A DNA stretch of 64,000 bases from Scyliorhinus canicula. Its lineage: Eukaryota. Where the stretch lies: contig NC_052149.1 of assembly GCF_902713615.1 (NCBI RefSeq), forward strand, positions 126,669,256-126,733,255, written 5' to 3'. Positions 1 to 11,598 of this stretch are shown piece by piece. A program made the translations under genes and the position numbers. The notes under the pieces were generated by a model. That model was not told the origin of the DNA. It searched no databases and saw nothing but the letters and a program-made list of their open reading frames with translations. Numbering within the stretch: position 1 is the stretch's first letter; every line of letters begins with the position of its first letter.

Positions 1-149
1 GATCAGCTGGATGGCTGAAATCATGGTGTCTGCTCCTGTCCCTGTGCCTGGTTACTGATAAACTCTCCCTTCACTGGGCTCTGCTTTATAAAGCTGCAGC
101 CTGAGAGTCTGACTGCCCGTTCCTCAGTATGTAAATGGTATGAGGCAGG

Positions 150-425
150 GACACCACGTCAGCACCTTCACTTCCTCTTCTTCTCTCTCACTCACTACTC
201 ACTACTACTCAGTATCAGACCCTTATTTTCTGCCTCTCCCCCTCTCCCCCTCTCTCTGTGTCTCTCTGTCTTGTTCTTCCTGTCTCACTGTATCTGCTTG
301 CTCTCCCCCTCTCTCTCCCTCCGTTGATACCTGTCCCTCAGACTCTCTCTCTGTCTCTCTCTCTTTCACCCTGATTTTATCTCTCTTTCTCCCTCACTTT
401 ATTTCTCTATTTGTTCCTCTGTGTT
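150..425. repeat. CT-rich low-complexity tract
   Basis: Near-continuous (CT)n/pyrimidine runs; the ORF 140..454 is a compositional artefact. Confidence 0.85.
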
Positions 426-454
426 TTCATCTCCCTCTACCTGAGAGGAGGTAA

Positions 455-715
455 CAATCTCATTCACTCTATTAGTCCCCTCAGGATATCTTTATTGAAG
501 ATCATGTCTCGTTCTTCTGAACTTTGATCCTTGTACAGCTGCAGTAAAATGTCCCTGTTTTTATTTTCTGTTCCACTTATAATAAACACCAACATTCCAT
601 TTCCCTTCCTGATCACTTGCTGGACCTGCAGATTAACATGATCTGTAGTTACAGCTTGCCAACGCATAACAAAGCATTTACCCCTCTCCCAGATTTCTGT
701 TAACCAAAAAATCCT
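455..715 (-). mobile_element. CR1 LINE ORF2 C-terminal fragment, degraded
   Basis: Translation QVQQVIRKGNGMLVFIISGTENKNRDILLQLYK resembles the conserved CR1 segment QVQQ.IRKANGMLAFI.RG.EYK..VLLQLYK. Confidence 0.75.
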
Positions 716-756
716 ACATCCATATTCAGATATTACACTGTATACCATGGGATCAT

Positions 757-871
757 GGGCGGGATTCTCCAGCCACACCCACCCGGTGACCAGACATTCC
801 GCCCAAGGTCAAAGGACCTCTACAGGGTCCGCGTCCCACCCGTGACGACCTTGCGGCGAAGAATCCAGCCC
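757..871. mobile_element. Short PIF/Harbinger-type MITE
   Basis: TIRs GGGCGGGATTCT / AGAATCCAGCCC; 3-bp TSD CAT at 754-756 and 872-874. Confidence 0.8.
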
Positions 872-875
872 CATA

Positions 876-965
876 TCTTGTGCAGTAACATTTTGTGTGG
901 CACCTGACCAAATACCTTTTGGAATTCCGAATACATCACATCTACAGCTTCCCCTTTTTCCACCT
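876..965 (-). mobile_element. CR1 RT fragment
   Basis: Minus strand reads AVDVMYSEFQKVFGQVPHKMLLHK, a degenerate VDV.YLDFQKAFDKVPH motif. Confidence 0.65.
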
Positions 966-1047
966 TCTGACTTCCTCAAAGATGGATGAGCTCAAGCGAG
1001 AGCACAACAGGCCGAAGATTCGCACCCCAAGTACCATTCCAGAACAC

Positions 1048-1456
1048 CCCTGACCTCACTGACCTGTTACCCCTGACCTCACTGACCTGTTAATTCTGAC
1101 CTCACTGATCTGTTACCCCTGACCTCACTGACCTGTTACCCCTGACCTCAGTGACCTGTTATCCCTGACCTCACTGACCTGTTAATTCTGACCTTACTGA
1201 CCTGTTACCCCTGACCTCACTGACCTTTTACCCCTGACCTCACTGACCTGTTAATTCTGACCTCACTGACCTGTTAATTCTGACCACACTGACCTGTTAA
1301 TTCTGACCTCACTGACCTGTTAATTCTGATCTCACTGACCTGTTGTCCCCTACATCACTTATCTGTTAGCCCTGATCTCACTGACCTGTTACCTTTGAAC
1401 TCACTGATCTATTGCCCCTAACCTCACTGACCTCTTACCCCTGACCTCACTGACCT
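1048..1456. repeat. 23-bp minisatellite, ~18 copies (TGACCTCACTGACCTGTTACCCC)
   Basis: Unit starts at 1051, 1074, 1097 ... 1442 with a constant 23-bp period. Confidence 0.95.
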
Positions 1457-1810
1457 CCAATTCCCTCCATGGCCTCACTCCTCCCTACCTCTGTGTCCTG
1501 CTGCAGACTCACATTCCCTCCCTCACCCTTCCATCCTCTGACTCTGGTCTCCTGCCCATCGCTACTTCCTTCATCCCACCATTGACAGCAGAGCCTTCAG
1601 GTGCCTAGGGCCTGCTCTCTGAACTCTCACCCTTAAACCCTCCCCCTCTCCAGGTCACTCCACTCCATCAAACTCCATCCTTCAATCCAAGCCTTCGATT
1701 AATCTTCCTTAAATACCCCCAACTCCCCCGATCCTCTTACTGCCGCTCTGTGTAACATCCTGGGATGTTTTGTACATTAAGGCACTATTTAAATTCATTT
1801 TGTGTGGGGA
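1457..1810 (+). mobile_element. L2 LINE 3' end
   Basis: CCCTCCATGGCCTCACTCCTCCCTACCTCTG resembles the L2 copies at 12.8 and 40.2 kb; ends in an L2-like tail (GGGATGTTTTGTACATTAAGGCACTATTTAAAT). Confidence 0.7.
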
Positions 1811-1949
1811 TTTTGTTTGGGGACAGAATTAGACAAAGTAGTGATGGCTCCTTCAGTCAAATATCCTGATGAAAGGGTCCAAACTGCCCCAAACAGAATG
1901 GTAAAATCCCAGGATGTTAATAATGGGGGATGCAATGATGGTACACCAT

Positions 1950-3642
1950 TCATTGAATGTCAAGAGGCAATGGTTGGATTCTCTCTTCCTGGAGATGGAC
2001 ATTGCCTGGCATTTCTGTGGTGTTAATGTTACTTACCACTTGTCAAATCAACTCTGGATACTGTCCAGTCTTGCTGCACTTGGGCAAGGACTGCTTCATT
2101 ATCTGAGGAGTCGTGAATGGTGCTGAACATTGTGCAGTCATCCGCAAACATCCCCACTTCTGACCTTATGATGGAAGGGAGGTCATTGATGAAGCAGCTG
2201 AAGATGGTTGGGCCTTGGACACTACCCTGAGCAACTCCTGCAGTTATGTCCTGAAGCTGAGATGATTGACCTCCAACTACAGCAACCATCTTCCTTTGTG
2301 CCAAGTATGAGACCAACCAGCGGATGGTTTTGCCCCCAATTCTCATTGACTCCAGTTTAGCTTGGGATCCTTGATGCCACACTCGGTCAAATGCTGCCTT
2401 GTTAGGGGGGCAGCAAGTTCTGGAGCACAAGGCTTCAATATTATTGCTGGAATATTGTCAGGGCCCATAGGCTTTGAGTATCCAGTGCCTTCAGCCATTT
2501 ATTAATATCACGTGGAGTGAATCGTATTGGCTGAAGACTGACATCTGTGATATGGAGACCTCAGGAGGAGACCAAGATGGATCATCCACTCGGCCCTTCT
2601 GGCTGAAGATTGTTGTGAATGCTTCCGCCTTGTCTTTAGTACGAATGCACTGGGTTCTTCCATCATTGAGGATGAGGATATTTGTGGAGCCTCCTCCTCC
2701 AGTGAGTTGTTTCATTGTCCATCATCATTCACAGCTGGATGTGGCAGGACTGCAGAGCTTAGATCTTATCCATTGGTTGTGGGATCGTTTAGCTCTGTCT
2801 GTCACTTGCTGAAAGCGCTGTTTGATACACAAGTAGTCCTGTGTTGTAGTGCACCAGATTGCCTGGTGTTGTTCCTGGCGTGCTCTCCTGCACTCTTCAT
2901 TAAACCAGGGTTGCACCCCTGGCTCAGTGATAATGGTAGAGTGGGAGATATGCAGAGTCATGAGGTTGCAGATGGTGGTTCAGTCCAATTCTGCTGCTGC
3001 TGTTGAGCCACACCACCTCATGGATGCCCAGTATTGAGTTACTAGATCTGTTCTGAATCTATCCCATTTAGCACTGTGGTAGTGCCACACAACAGAATAG
3101 AGTGTGTCCTCAATATGAAGATGGATCTTTGTCTCCACAAGGACTGTGTGGTGGTCACTCCTACCGATACTGTCATGGACAGATGTATCTGTGGAATGCA
3201 GATTGTTGAGGATGAGGCCAAGTATGTTTGTCCCTCTTGTTGGTTCCCTCACCACCTGCTGCAGTCCCAGGTCCAGCAGCTATGTCCTTTTGGACCTGGC
3301 CAGCTCGGTCTGTGGTGGTACTACTGAGCCACTCTTGGTGATGGACATTGAAGGTCCCCACTCAGAGTATAATCTGCACCCATGCCACCCTCAGTGCTTC
3401 CTCCAAGTGGTGTTCAACATTGTGGTGCTGTCTCATAAACTGAGGGAGATGTGGGGTATGGTAATCATATTTAACACATGTTTAACCTGACACCATGAGA
3501 CTACATGGGGTCCAGATTCGATGTTGAGGATTCCCAGGGCACCTCCTCCCGACAGTATACCACTTTGCCCCCACCTCTGCTGGGTCTGTCCTGCTGGTGA
3601 GACAGGACATACCCAGGGAATGGTGATATTGTCTGGGACATT
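1950..3642 (-). mobile_element. CR1-group LINE body (EN + RT, degraded), 3' part of an element split by a Harbinger insertion
   Basis: RT motifs AAFDRVWHQG, GVAQGSVQGPTIFSCFINDL, GMFADD (2029-2430); EN motifs GTFNVHH, SDHHTV (2980-3361); the frame continues across the ATT TSD into 10693+. Confidence 0.9.
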
Positions 3643-3838
3643 GGCTGCAATTCTCCAGCCTCTTTGCGCTCTCGTTCAAACAAGGCCGGTGAATAGCGGG
3701 TGAGGACAAAAATGAGATCCGTGCCAGGTGCTAAACAGTTTGCAATGTAACCGGCCGCTCCCATAGGCCAAATCAGGATCTCGCCGTAGCGCGGCAAGAA
3801 ACCAATTATCACCACGTAAACCCCATTTCCATATAATT

Positions 3839-4060
3839 TTTTTTTTTAATTTAGCGTACCCAATTCATTTTTTCCAATTAAGGGGCAATTTAGCATGGCC
3901 AATCCACCTACCCTGCACATCTTTGGGTTGTGGGGGTGAAACCCACGCACACACGGGGAGAATGTGCAAACTCCACATGGACAGTGACCCAGAGCCGGGA
4001 TCGAACCTGGGACCTCAGCACCGTGAGGCTGCAGTGCTAACTCACTGCGCCACCGCACTG
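3839..4060 (-). mobile_element. tRNA-derived V-SINE-like element with poly(A) tail
   Basis: A/B-box head; TSD CCCCATTTCCATA(T/C)AATT at 3821-3838 and 4061-4078; poly-T on + at the left end. Confidence 0.92.
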
Positions 4061-4469
4061 CCCCATTTCCATACAATTAACGGGAGCGACCCCATATCCA
4101 ACGGCCTCCCGTCATTCAGCCGCCTCCCCAGTAAGTGGTCACGCTGACGCCGATTAGTACTCCATTTAAAAAGGTAAACCTGGACTTCCGGTGGCGGCGA
4201 TGCCTGAGTGAGCCGCACATTCGGCGGGCTCTCACTCCGGCGGGGCTATGGAGCTGATTCCCCGCGATAGCGGGACCACGGGGGGAAAAATGGCTGCCAC
4301 GAAAGAGCAGGAGAGCGGGCTGACATCGATGGAACCGTGGGAGGCCAGCAGGTAGGGGAAGAGAGAGAGAGAGAGACACGGAGGCAAGGAGCAGAGGAAA
4401 CTGACCTGCAACGTAAGATAGCGGACCCACGGACCTGAAGGACCTGAAGAAAATTACCTGGGACCTAAG

Positions 4470-5262
4470 ATGGCGGACACACGGACCCCGGACTTAGCAA
4501 TCCAGCAGGCGCTGGATAACATGCTCCAGGTAATGAAGTCCAGTTTTGAAGCGCTGAAGCGGGACAGCTTGGACCCAATCCAGAAAGCGGTGGATCAGCT
4601 GAACCAGAGGCTGGACGCCCAGGATGTTACAGTTAAGGAGCTGGGAGAGGCGGTGGAGGAGCAGGCGGATGCGCAAACGGTTGCAGCGCTAGAAGTTGAT
4701 GGCCTGAAAGAGCGGCAGAGAAGACTGCTGGACAGAGTGGAGGAGCTGGAGAATAGAGTCCGCAGGAACAATCTGAGGATGGTCGGCCTCCCGGAGGGGG
4801 CTGAGGGAGCTGATGCTGCAGCGTTTGTAGCAGACCTGCTGAAGCAGCTGATCGGGGCCGAAGCCTTTCCGCGACCGCCGGAGCTGGAGGGGGCACACAG
4901 TGCAGGCAAGGCAGGAGCGGCCGGGCAGACCCCCCCGCCCGATGGTGATTAGGTTCCACAGGTTCGTGGACAAGGAGCGGGTGCTGCAGTGGGCAAAGAG
5001 CGCCAGGAGCAGCACGTGGAACAACAGTGTTCTCCGCATTTATCAGGACCTAAGCCAGGAGGTGGCTCGGCGGCGAGCAGCCTTTAAGAATGTCAAGGAG
5101 GTGCTGTTCAAGAAGCACGTGAAGTTTGGTCTGCTGTTCCTAGCTCGGCTATGGGCCACGCACCAGGGTCAACACCACTACTTCTCCGAGCCCGAAGAAG
5201 CGATGGATTTTGTGAGGGACCTGGGGCTGGTCCCGAAAGGAGGCCCCAAGGAGGCGAGTTAG
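4470..5262 (+). pseudogene. L1 ORF1p (coiled coil + RRM + CTD), one frameshift near 4897
   Basis: Heptad region, then RRNNLRMVGLPEG, RPMVIRFHRF, LRIYQDLSQEVARRRAAF, split between ORFs 4470 and 4900. Confidence 0.9.
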
Positions 5263-5918
5263 GGCCCGAGGATTTCTGTGGGAAGGAACGCCGAATGTGC
5301 CTGGACTGCTGCTCAACGGTTTGCTGGGCCAAAGGGGCCAAGCGGAACATTTGGGACTCTTTTTCCTTTGTTCATGGACATTGGTTTGGGGGGTTAACCC
5401 CCCTCCTTTCCTTTTTTTGGGTTTTTTTTTGTGGCCTCTGATGTTTCTTATGGGGTTTTTTTTTTGGGTTTATTTTTGTGCTTTTTCCTCTTTTTTCTGT
5501 TTTTTTTTTCTGTTTGAGCTGATTTGTACTTTTTGTGCAGCTCGCGGAGGACACTGGAGCCGGCTTGCCCTAGTGGGTGGGAGAGGGGGATGGGGCGCCG
5601 GGGAGTGGGAAGGAGGACGGGGAAACAATGGGAATGAGACAGGAAGGCGCCGGAGTGTTGAGTCACCGGGCTAGCAGATTGGCTAGTCAAGGGAGTCAGG
5701 TGGGGGGGGAAGTCACAGCCAGTAGATGGCAGGGGTGGGGGTATCGGGGGATGGGGTGGGGGGGGGTTGTTCTGCTGACGGGGGAGGGACTTGAAATAGG
5801 CACTGGAAAGGAGGTCGAGGGTGGAGGCAGCCAAAGGGCGGGCCAGGAATGGCGCGACGCACGGGCCAGGGGCCGGCCCGAGAAAGGCTATGGCTGACCG
5901 GCGGGGTGGGGGGTTGGG

Positions 5919-8900
5919 ATGTGCCCCCCGACCAGGCTGATCACCTGGAACGTCAAGGGACTGAATGGGCCGGTTAAGAGGGCGCGGGTGTTCGCGCACT
6001 TGCGGACCCTGAGGGCGGACGTAATTATGTTGCAGGAGACACATCTGAAAGTGTCTGACCAGACCAGGCTAAGGAAGGGCTGGATTAGCCAGGTCTTCCA
6101 CTCGGACTTGGACTCGAAGTCCAGAGGGGTGGCAATCATGATCAACAAGCGGGTGCAATTTGAGGCAGAGGGCATATCCGCAGACAGGGGGGGCAGTTAC
6201 CTGATGGTACGGGGCAGACTGGAGGGGAGAAGAGTGGTTCTGGACCTGGCTTCTCGCAGGCTAATAATGGGGGGGGGGGGTACTTTAACATGGGCCTTGA
6301 CCCGGCTTTGGATCGGTCGTGTCCCAGAACGGGCAGACTCCCAGCAATGGCAAGGGAGCTGACAGGGTTTATGGAGCAAATGGGGGCAGTGGACCCCTGG
6401 AGAGCCAGACAGCCGACAGGAAGGGGCTACTCGTTTTACTCGCACGTCCATAAAGTATATTCTAGGATAGATTTCTTCGTACTAAGCAGGGATTGTATAG
6501 GGGAGGTAAAGAACACGGGATATTCGGCAATTACTATCTCAGACCGTGCCCCGCACTGGGTAGACCTGCAGATCGGGGGAGCGAGCTATCAACGCCCACA
6601 ATGGAGGCTAGATGTGGGACTGCTGTCGGAGGAGGGGATCTGCGAGAGGCTTCGGAGGTGTATGCAAAATTACCTGCAGGTGAATGACACGGGGGAGGTC
6701 TCAGCGGCGACCCTGTGGGAGGCGCTAAAGGCAGTAGTGCGGGGGGAGCTGATTTCAATTGGGGCCCACAGAGCCAAGGCAGACCGGGCAGAGATGGATA
6801 GATTGGTCAGAGAAATGGGTCAGATAGATGAAGAGCACGCGGAGTCCCCGGGGGAGGTTTTACTCAGGGAGAGGCAGAGACTACAGGCGGAACTGGGGGC
6901 ACTATCCACGAGTAGGGCCGTGGAACAGCTTAGGAAGGCGAGGGGAGTGGTGTACGAGCATGGGGAAAAGGCTAGCAGACTGTTAGCGCAGCAAGTCAGG
7001 AGGAGGGAGGCGGCCAGGGAAATAGGTAGAGTGAGGGACGAGGGGGGGGGCGCAAAGTGGAGGACCCGGCAGGATTGAATAAGGTATTCCGGGACTTCTA
7101 TCGTAAGCTGTATACTTCGGAGCCGCCGGAAGAACCGGAGGGGATGAAAAGGTTTCTGGACGGGTTAACATTCCCAACAGTTGGGGGGGGGGGGGTGGCG
7201 AGTGGAAGAGCTGGGGGCCCCGATTAGAGTAGAGGAGGTATTGGGGGGCCTTAAGGCTATGCAGTCGGGGAAGTCCCCGGGGCCGGATGGATACCCAGTA
7301 GAGTTTTATAGGAAGTTCTCTGAGCTGGTGGGCCAGGTCTTGGCGAGGGTTTTCAATGAGGCAAGGGACAGAGGGAGCCTGCCGCCGACAATGTCACAAG
7401 CCACCATATCACTGATATTGAAGCGGGGTAAAGACCCGGAGGCGTGCGGGTCCTACAGGCCAATCTCCCTGATTAATGTAGACGCCAAGCTCCTGGCAAA
7501 GGTACTGGCAGGTAGAATGGAGGACTGTGTACCGGAGGTGATTGGGGAGGATCAAACGGGGTTCGTGAAAGGTAGGCAGCTGGCGGCCAACCTGAGAAGA
7601 TTACTTAATGTGATAATGATGCCCCCAGTGGGTAAGGAGGTGGAGGTAGTGGTGGCAATGGACGCCGAGAAGGCCTTTGACCGGGTGGAGTGGGACTATC
7701 TATGGGAGGTGCTCGGACGGTTTGGGTTCGGGGAGGGATTGGTGGATTGGATCAAATTATTATATCAGGCCCCGAGGGCCAGCGTCAGGACCAACAGAGA
7801 GGTGTCGGAGTACTTTAGGCTGTACCGAGGGACCAGACAGGGCTGCCCGCTCTCCCCTGCTGCTGTTTGCGCTGGCCATAGAGCCGCTGGCGATTGCACT
7901 GAGAGCCACAGAGGGTTGGAAGGGGATGGTGAGGGGCGGGGTTGAACATAGGGTTTCTCTTTATGCAGACGACCTGCTCCTGTACGTGTCGGACCCAGTG
8001 GCCGGGATGGGAACTATACTGGGAATGCTGAGGAAGTTCGGCCAGTTCTCAGGATACAAATTAAATACGGTCAAGAGTGAAATGTTTGTGGTCCAGGCAA
8101 GGGGCCTGGAGAACAGATTGAGAGGGCTATCGTTTAGGCTGGTTGAGGAAAATTTCCGGTATTTGGGAATCCAGGTGGCACGAGACTGGGGCAGGCTGCA
8201 CAAGTTAAATATGGCCAGGATGGTGGAGCAAATGAAGGGAGAGTTTCGGAGATGGGATGCACTCCCGCTGTCGCTGGCAGGGAGGGTGCAGACTGTAAAG
8301 ATGACAATCCTCCCTCGATTTTTGTTTATTTTTCAGTGCCTCCCGATCTTTATCCCACAGTCCTTCTTCAAAAGAGTTAACGGGCTGATCATGAGCTTTG
8401 TCTGGGCAGGAAAATCCCCGCGGGTGAAGAAGGCGATGTTGGAGAGGAACCGCAGCGAGGGAGGGCTGGCTTTGCCGAGTCTGATTAATTATTACTGGGC
8501 AGCCAACATCGCTATGATAAGGAAGTGGATGGTGGGTACGGGGTCTATTTGGGAGCGGGTGGAGGCTGCTTCGTGCAGGGGCTCCAGCTTGGAAGCCCTG
8601 GTCACGGCTCCCCTACAGCTGCCACCGGCCAAGTACACCACCAGCCCGGTAGTGGTGGCGACCTTGCAGATATGGGGCCAGTGGAGGAGGCAGGTAGGGG
8701 AGGTGGGGGCGTCTGACTGGGCGCCAATCTGCGACAACCATCGGTTTGCCCCCGGGAGTATGGATGGGGGGTTCCAGGTATGGCGGCGGGCGGGGGTGGG
8801 AAGGGTGGGTGATATGTTCCTGGAAGGGAGCTTCGCGAGTTTGAGGAGCTTGGAGGAGAAATTTGGGTTGGTAAGGGGAAATGATTTTAGATACCTACAG

Positions 8901-9631
8901 TTGCGGGACTTTGTTCGTAGACAGGTCCCATCTTTCCCGTGCCTCCCGCCAATGGGGATCCTAGACAGAATAGTCTCTGGGAGGGATGAAGGGGAGGGGA
9001 GAGTCTCAGGTATATATAAGGTGCTCATGAGGGAGGAAGGGTCCCAGACAGAGGAACTGAAACTTAAATGGGAGGAGGAGCTAGGCGGGGAAATGGAGGA
9101 TGGGCTGTGGGCAGAGGCCCTGAGTAGGGTCAATTTGACCGCAACATGTGTTAGGCTCAGGCTGATTCAATTTAAGGTTGTTCACCGGGCCCATATGACG
9201 GAGGCTCGGATGAGCAAATTCTTTGGGATTGAGGACAAATGCGCTAGGTGCTCGGGAGGACCAGCGAACCATGTTCACATGTTTTGGGCATGCCCTAAGC
9301 TGAGGGGGTACTGGGAGGGATTTGCGGGGGTCATGTCCCGGGTGCTAAAAACAAGGGTGGTGATGAGTCCAGGGGTGCAATTTTTGGGGTTTCGGAAGAC
9401 CCGGGCGTCCAGGGGGAGAAAGAGGCCGATGTTTTGGCCTTTACTTCCCTGATAGCCCGGCGACTAATATTATTGGCGTGGAGGGACTCAAAGCCCCCGA
9501 AGACTGAGTGGTGGCTTGCGGACATGTCGAGTTTCCTGGGGATGGAAAAAATTAAGTTCACCTTGAGGGGTTCTGTGCAGGGGTTCGCCCGGAGGTGGAA
9601 ACCATTTATTGAATTCTTTGCGGGAGAGTGA
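5919..9631 (+). pseudogene. L1 ORF2p (APE endonuclease, RT, CCHC), disrupted
   Basis: TWNVKG, LQETH, SRID; KSPGPDG, YRPISL, DAEKAFD, QGCPLSP, LYADD; CARC..NHVHMFWAC. About 5 frameshifts, an in-frame deletion near 6240 removing the VYAPN motif, and SDH changed to SDR. Confidence 0.92.
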
Positions 9632-10692
9632 GCGTCAGCAGGAGGTGGGGAGGAGGGGATAGAGTAGAGTAGGAGGGAAAATATGGCGGGTAGTACCGGT
9701 GGGAGAGGAGCGGGCTTGTGCAATATGTTACGAAGGAAGTATTGAAAGTACGTGGATGTTTGCACATTTTTGCCTCTTTTGCTTTCTTTCTGATGATGTC
9801 TGTAACTGTTTATGAAGCCAAAAACTACCTCAATAAAATTGTTTATTAAAAAAAAGGTGAACCTGGCGGAAGGACTTCTGTGGGGAGCTGAGGAGGTGAG
9901 TAGCCATCTTTACTCACAGGCAAAGAGCCCGGGGGCACTGGGTTTACCAACCCAGTGCTGGATGGGGGATGAGGGACCCTCGGCTGGGGATGGGTTTTCC
10001 ACCGAGGTGTGTGAATCTGCACTGGTGGAGGGGAAGATGACAGCTGTGACACGATTATAAAGGTTGTATCCTTGGAGATCTCCTCTGAGGTGTTCTGCTC
10101 GGAGTCAGGAGAGGGGGCCTCACGGGAAGGGCAGGCACCATCGGCTGGAGGACTTGTGGGAGAATGGACATGTGGTCAGTGGGAGGGATGGGCCAGTCAG
10201 TAAGGCAATAATAACTCACGTTTGACAGGTCCCTGGGTGGATTCTGGTGGTTCCTCACATCAGCAGCATCCGCCAGCCTCCGTGTGGGTGACTATTCTGT
10301 CCTCAGTTACACCGTCACATCCAGGGCCTGCTGCTCAAATAGGTGAGGGTTCTTATGTCCACCAGTCTGGGCACTCTCCCGATGGTTATGGGAGAGCTTT
10401 TCCTGAGGAGACACAGAGAGGGCATCGTTAGCTACAAGCGTTGTTCACAGTGGTGGGAGAGGGGGGTGTGATGGAGGGGTGAAGTGCTTTTCGACTTTGT
10501 TAGTGGGGGTTAGCGAACGTGGTATCGTTGAATCAGCTGGCGAGCCTTTATTTGAGACAAGAAATCCGTGAGGCCTCGTCAATGGACCAATTAACGCGGA
10601 ATGGAGTTGCCGGCTCGCTGGGCTGAGAGCCGGGAACTTTGCAGCAATTCCCGCTCGCTAACACTTTGAAATGTTTCCGGAGAATTGACCGC

Positions 10693-11598
10693 ATTATCTG
10701 TGAGGCATAATTCTGAAAGTATGACTGTGTCTGACCAGTCAGTGGGACAGCTCCCCCAATTCTGACACATGTCCCCAGATATCAGGAAGGAGGGACTTTG
10801 TAGGGTCGATAGGGTTGGGTTTGCCGTTGTTGTTTCCGGGGTCTATGTCGATGCCGGGAGGTCTGTTCGGTTTCATTCCTTTTATAATTTTCAGCGATTT
10901 GATACAACTGAGTGGCTATTTCAGAGTCAACCGCATTGCTGTGAATCTGGAGTCACATGTAGGCCATACCAGGTAAGGGCGGCAGATTCCCTTTCCTAAT
11001 GGACATTAGCGAACCAGACGAATTTTTACGACAATCGACAATGGTTTCTGATGTGTTGGGCTGGCTGGGTCTATGTGGACTGCGTTTGATGCAGTGTAGC
11101 GAGAGACAGACTTCCAACACTTGATGAGATGCAACACAATTTTATTTAACATCTAAACTATTATACATGTTCAACTGTGGGTTGACACTATGCTGACTTG
11201 ACTGGAGACCTGATGCTAGCCTGACCAGACTAACTGACTACCACATGGTGTTTGCACTGGCTGCTGCTCACGAGCTCTGACTGTCTCAGAGGCTGGATCC
11301 CGAGAGAGCGGGAAAACTGCTGCCCTCTGGCTTTATAGTGGCCGTGTCCTGTCTGGTGATTGGCTGCTGCGTTCTGTGTGCTTGCTGGTCATCCTGTGTG
11401 TCAATCACTGCCTGTCTGCACTCCATTATATACATGGATGTATATTATGACAGTTCCATGGTCACCATCACTGAGACGAGCTTTTAATTCCAGATTGATT
11501 CATTGAATTTAAATTCCACCAGCTGCCATGGTGGGATTTGAACCTGGGCCCCTGGATTACTAGTCCAGTGACATTACCACTACACCACGGCCTCCCCC
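10693..11598 (-). mobile_element. 5' part of the CR1-group LINE: tRNA-like head + Deu-domain-like segment + EN start, no ORF1 seen
   Basis: Minus strand starts GGGGAGGCCGTGGTGTAGTGGTAATGTCACTGGACTAGTAATCC..GGTTCAAATCCC, then ATGGTGACCATGAAAC..CTAATGTCC..GCCTACATGTGACTCCAG (SacSINE1/AmnSINE1-like from memory), then DIWGHVSELGELSH..TVILSE (EN N-terminus). Confidence 0.7.
11049..11452 (-). mobile_element. Solo LTR, 404 bp
   Basis: TG...CA termini; 5-bp TSD GTTTC/GTTCC (11044-48, 11453-57); TATAAA followed by AATAAA on the minus strand. Confidence 0.85.

Larger units (their letters stand above)
4182..9855 (+). mobile_element. Full-length L1-clade LINE (~5.7 kb)
   Basis: CpG-rich 5' UTR, ORF1, spacer, ORF2, AATAAA at 9832, poly(A); TSD AAAAAGGT(A/G)AACCTGG at 4168-4183 and 9851-9866; TTT/AAAA L1-EN-type target. 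Confidence 0.95.
3643..10692. mobile_element. Non-autonomous PIF/Harbinger-type element hosting a SINE and an L1
   Basis: Imperfect TIRs GGCTGCAATTCTCC / GGAGAATTGACCGC; TSD ATT at 3640-3642 and 10693-10695; removing it restores LINE EN ...CLTDN|VPDNITIPGYVL. Confidence 0.8.

Noticed and set aside
464-778. 104-aa ORF as a host exon
   Set aside because: The peptide matches the CR1 ORF2 C-terminal region.
11520-11598. tRNA genes here and at other SINE heads
   Set aside because: A/B boxes are present but there is no complete cloverleaf, and each continues into a SINE or LINE body.
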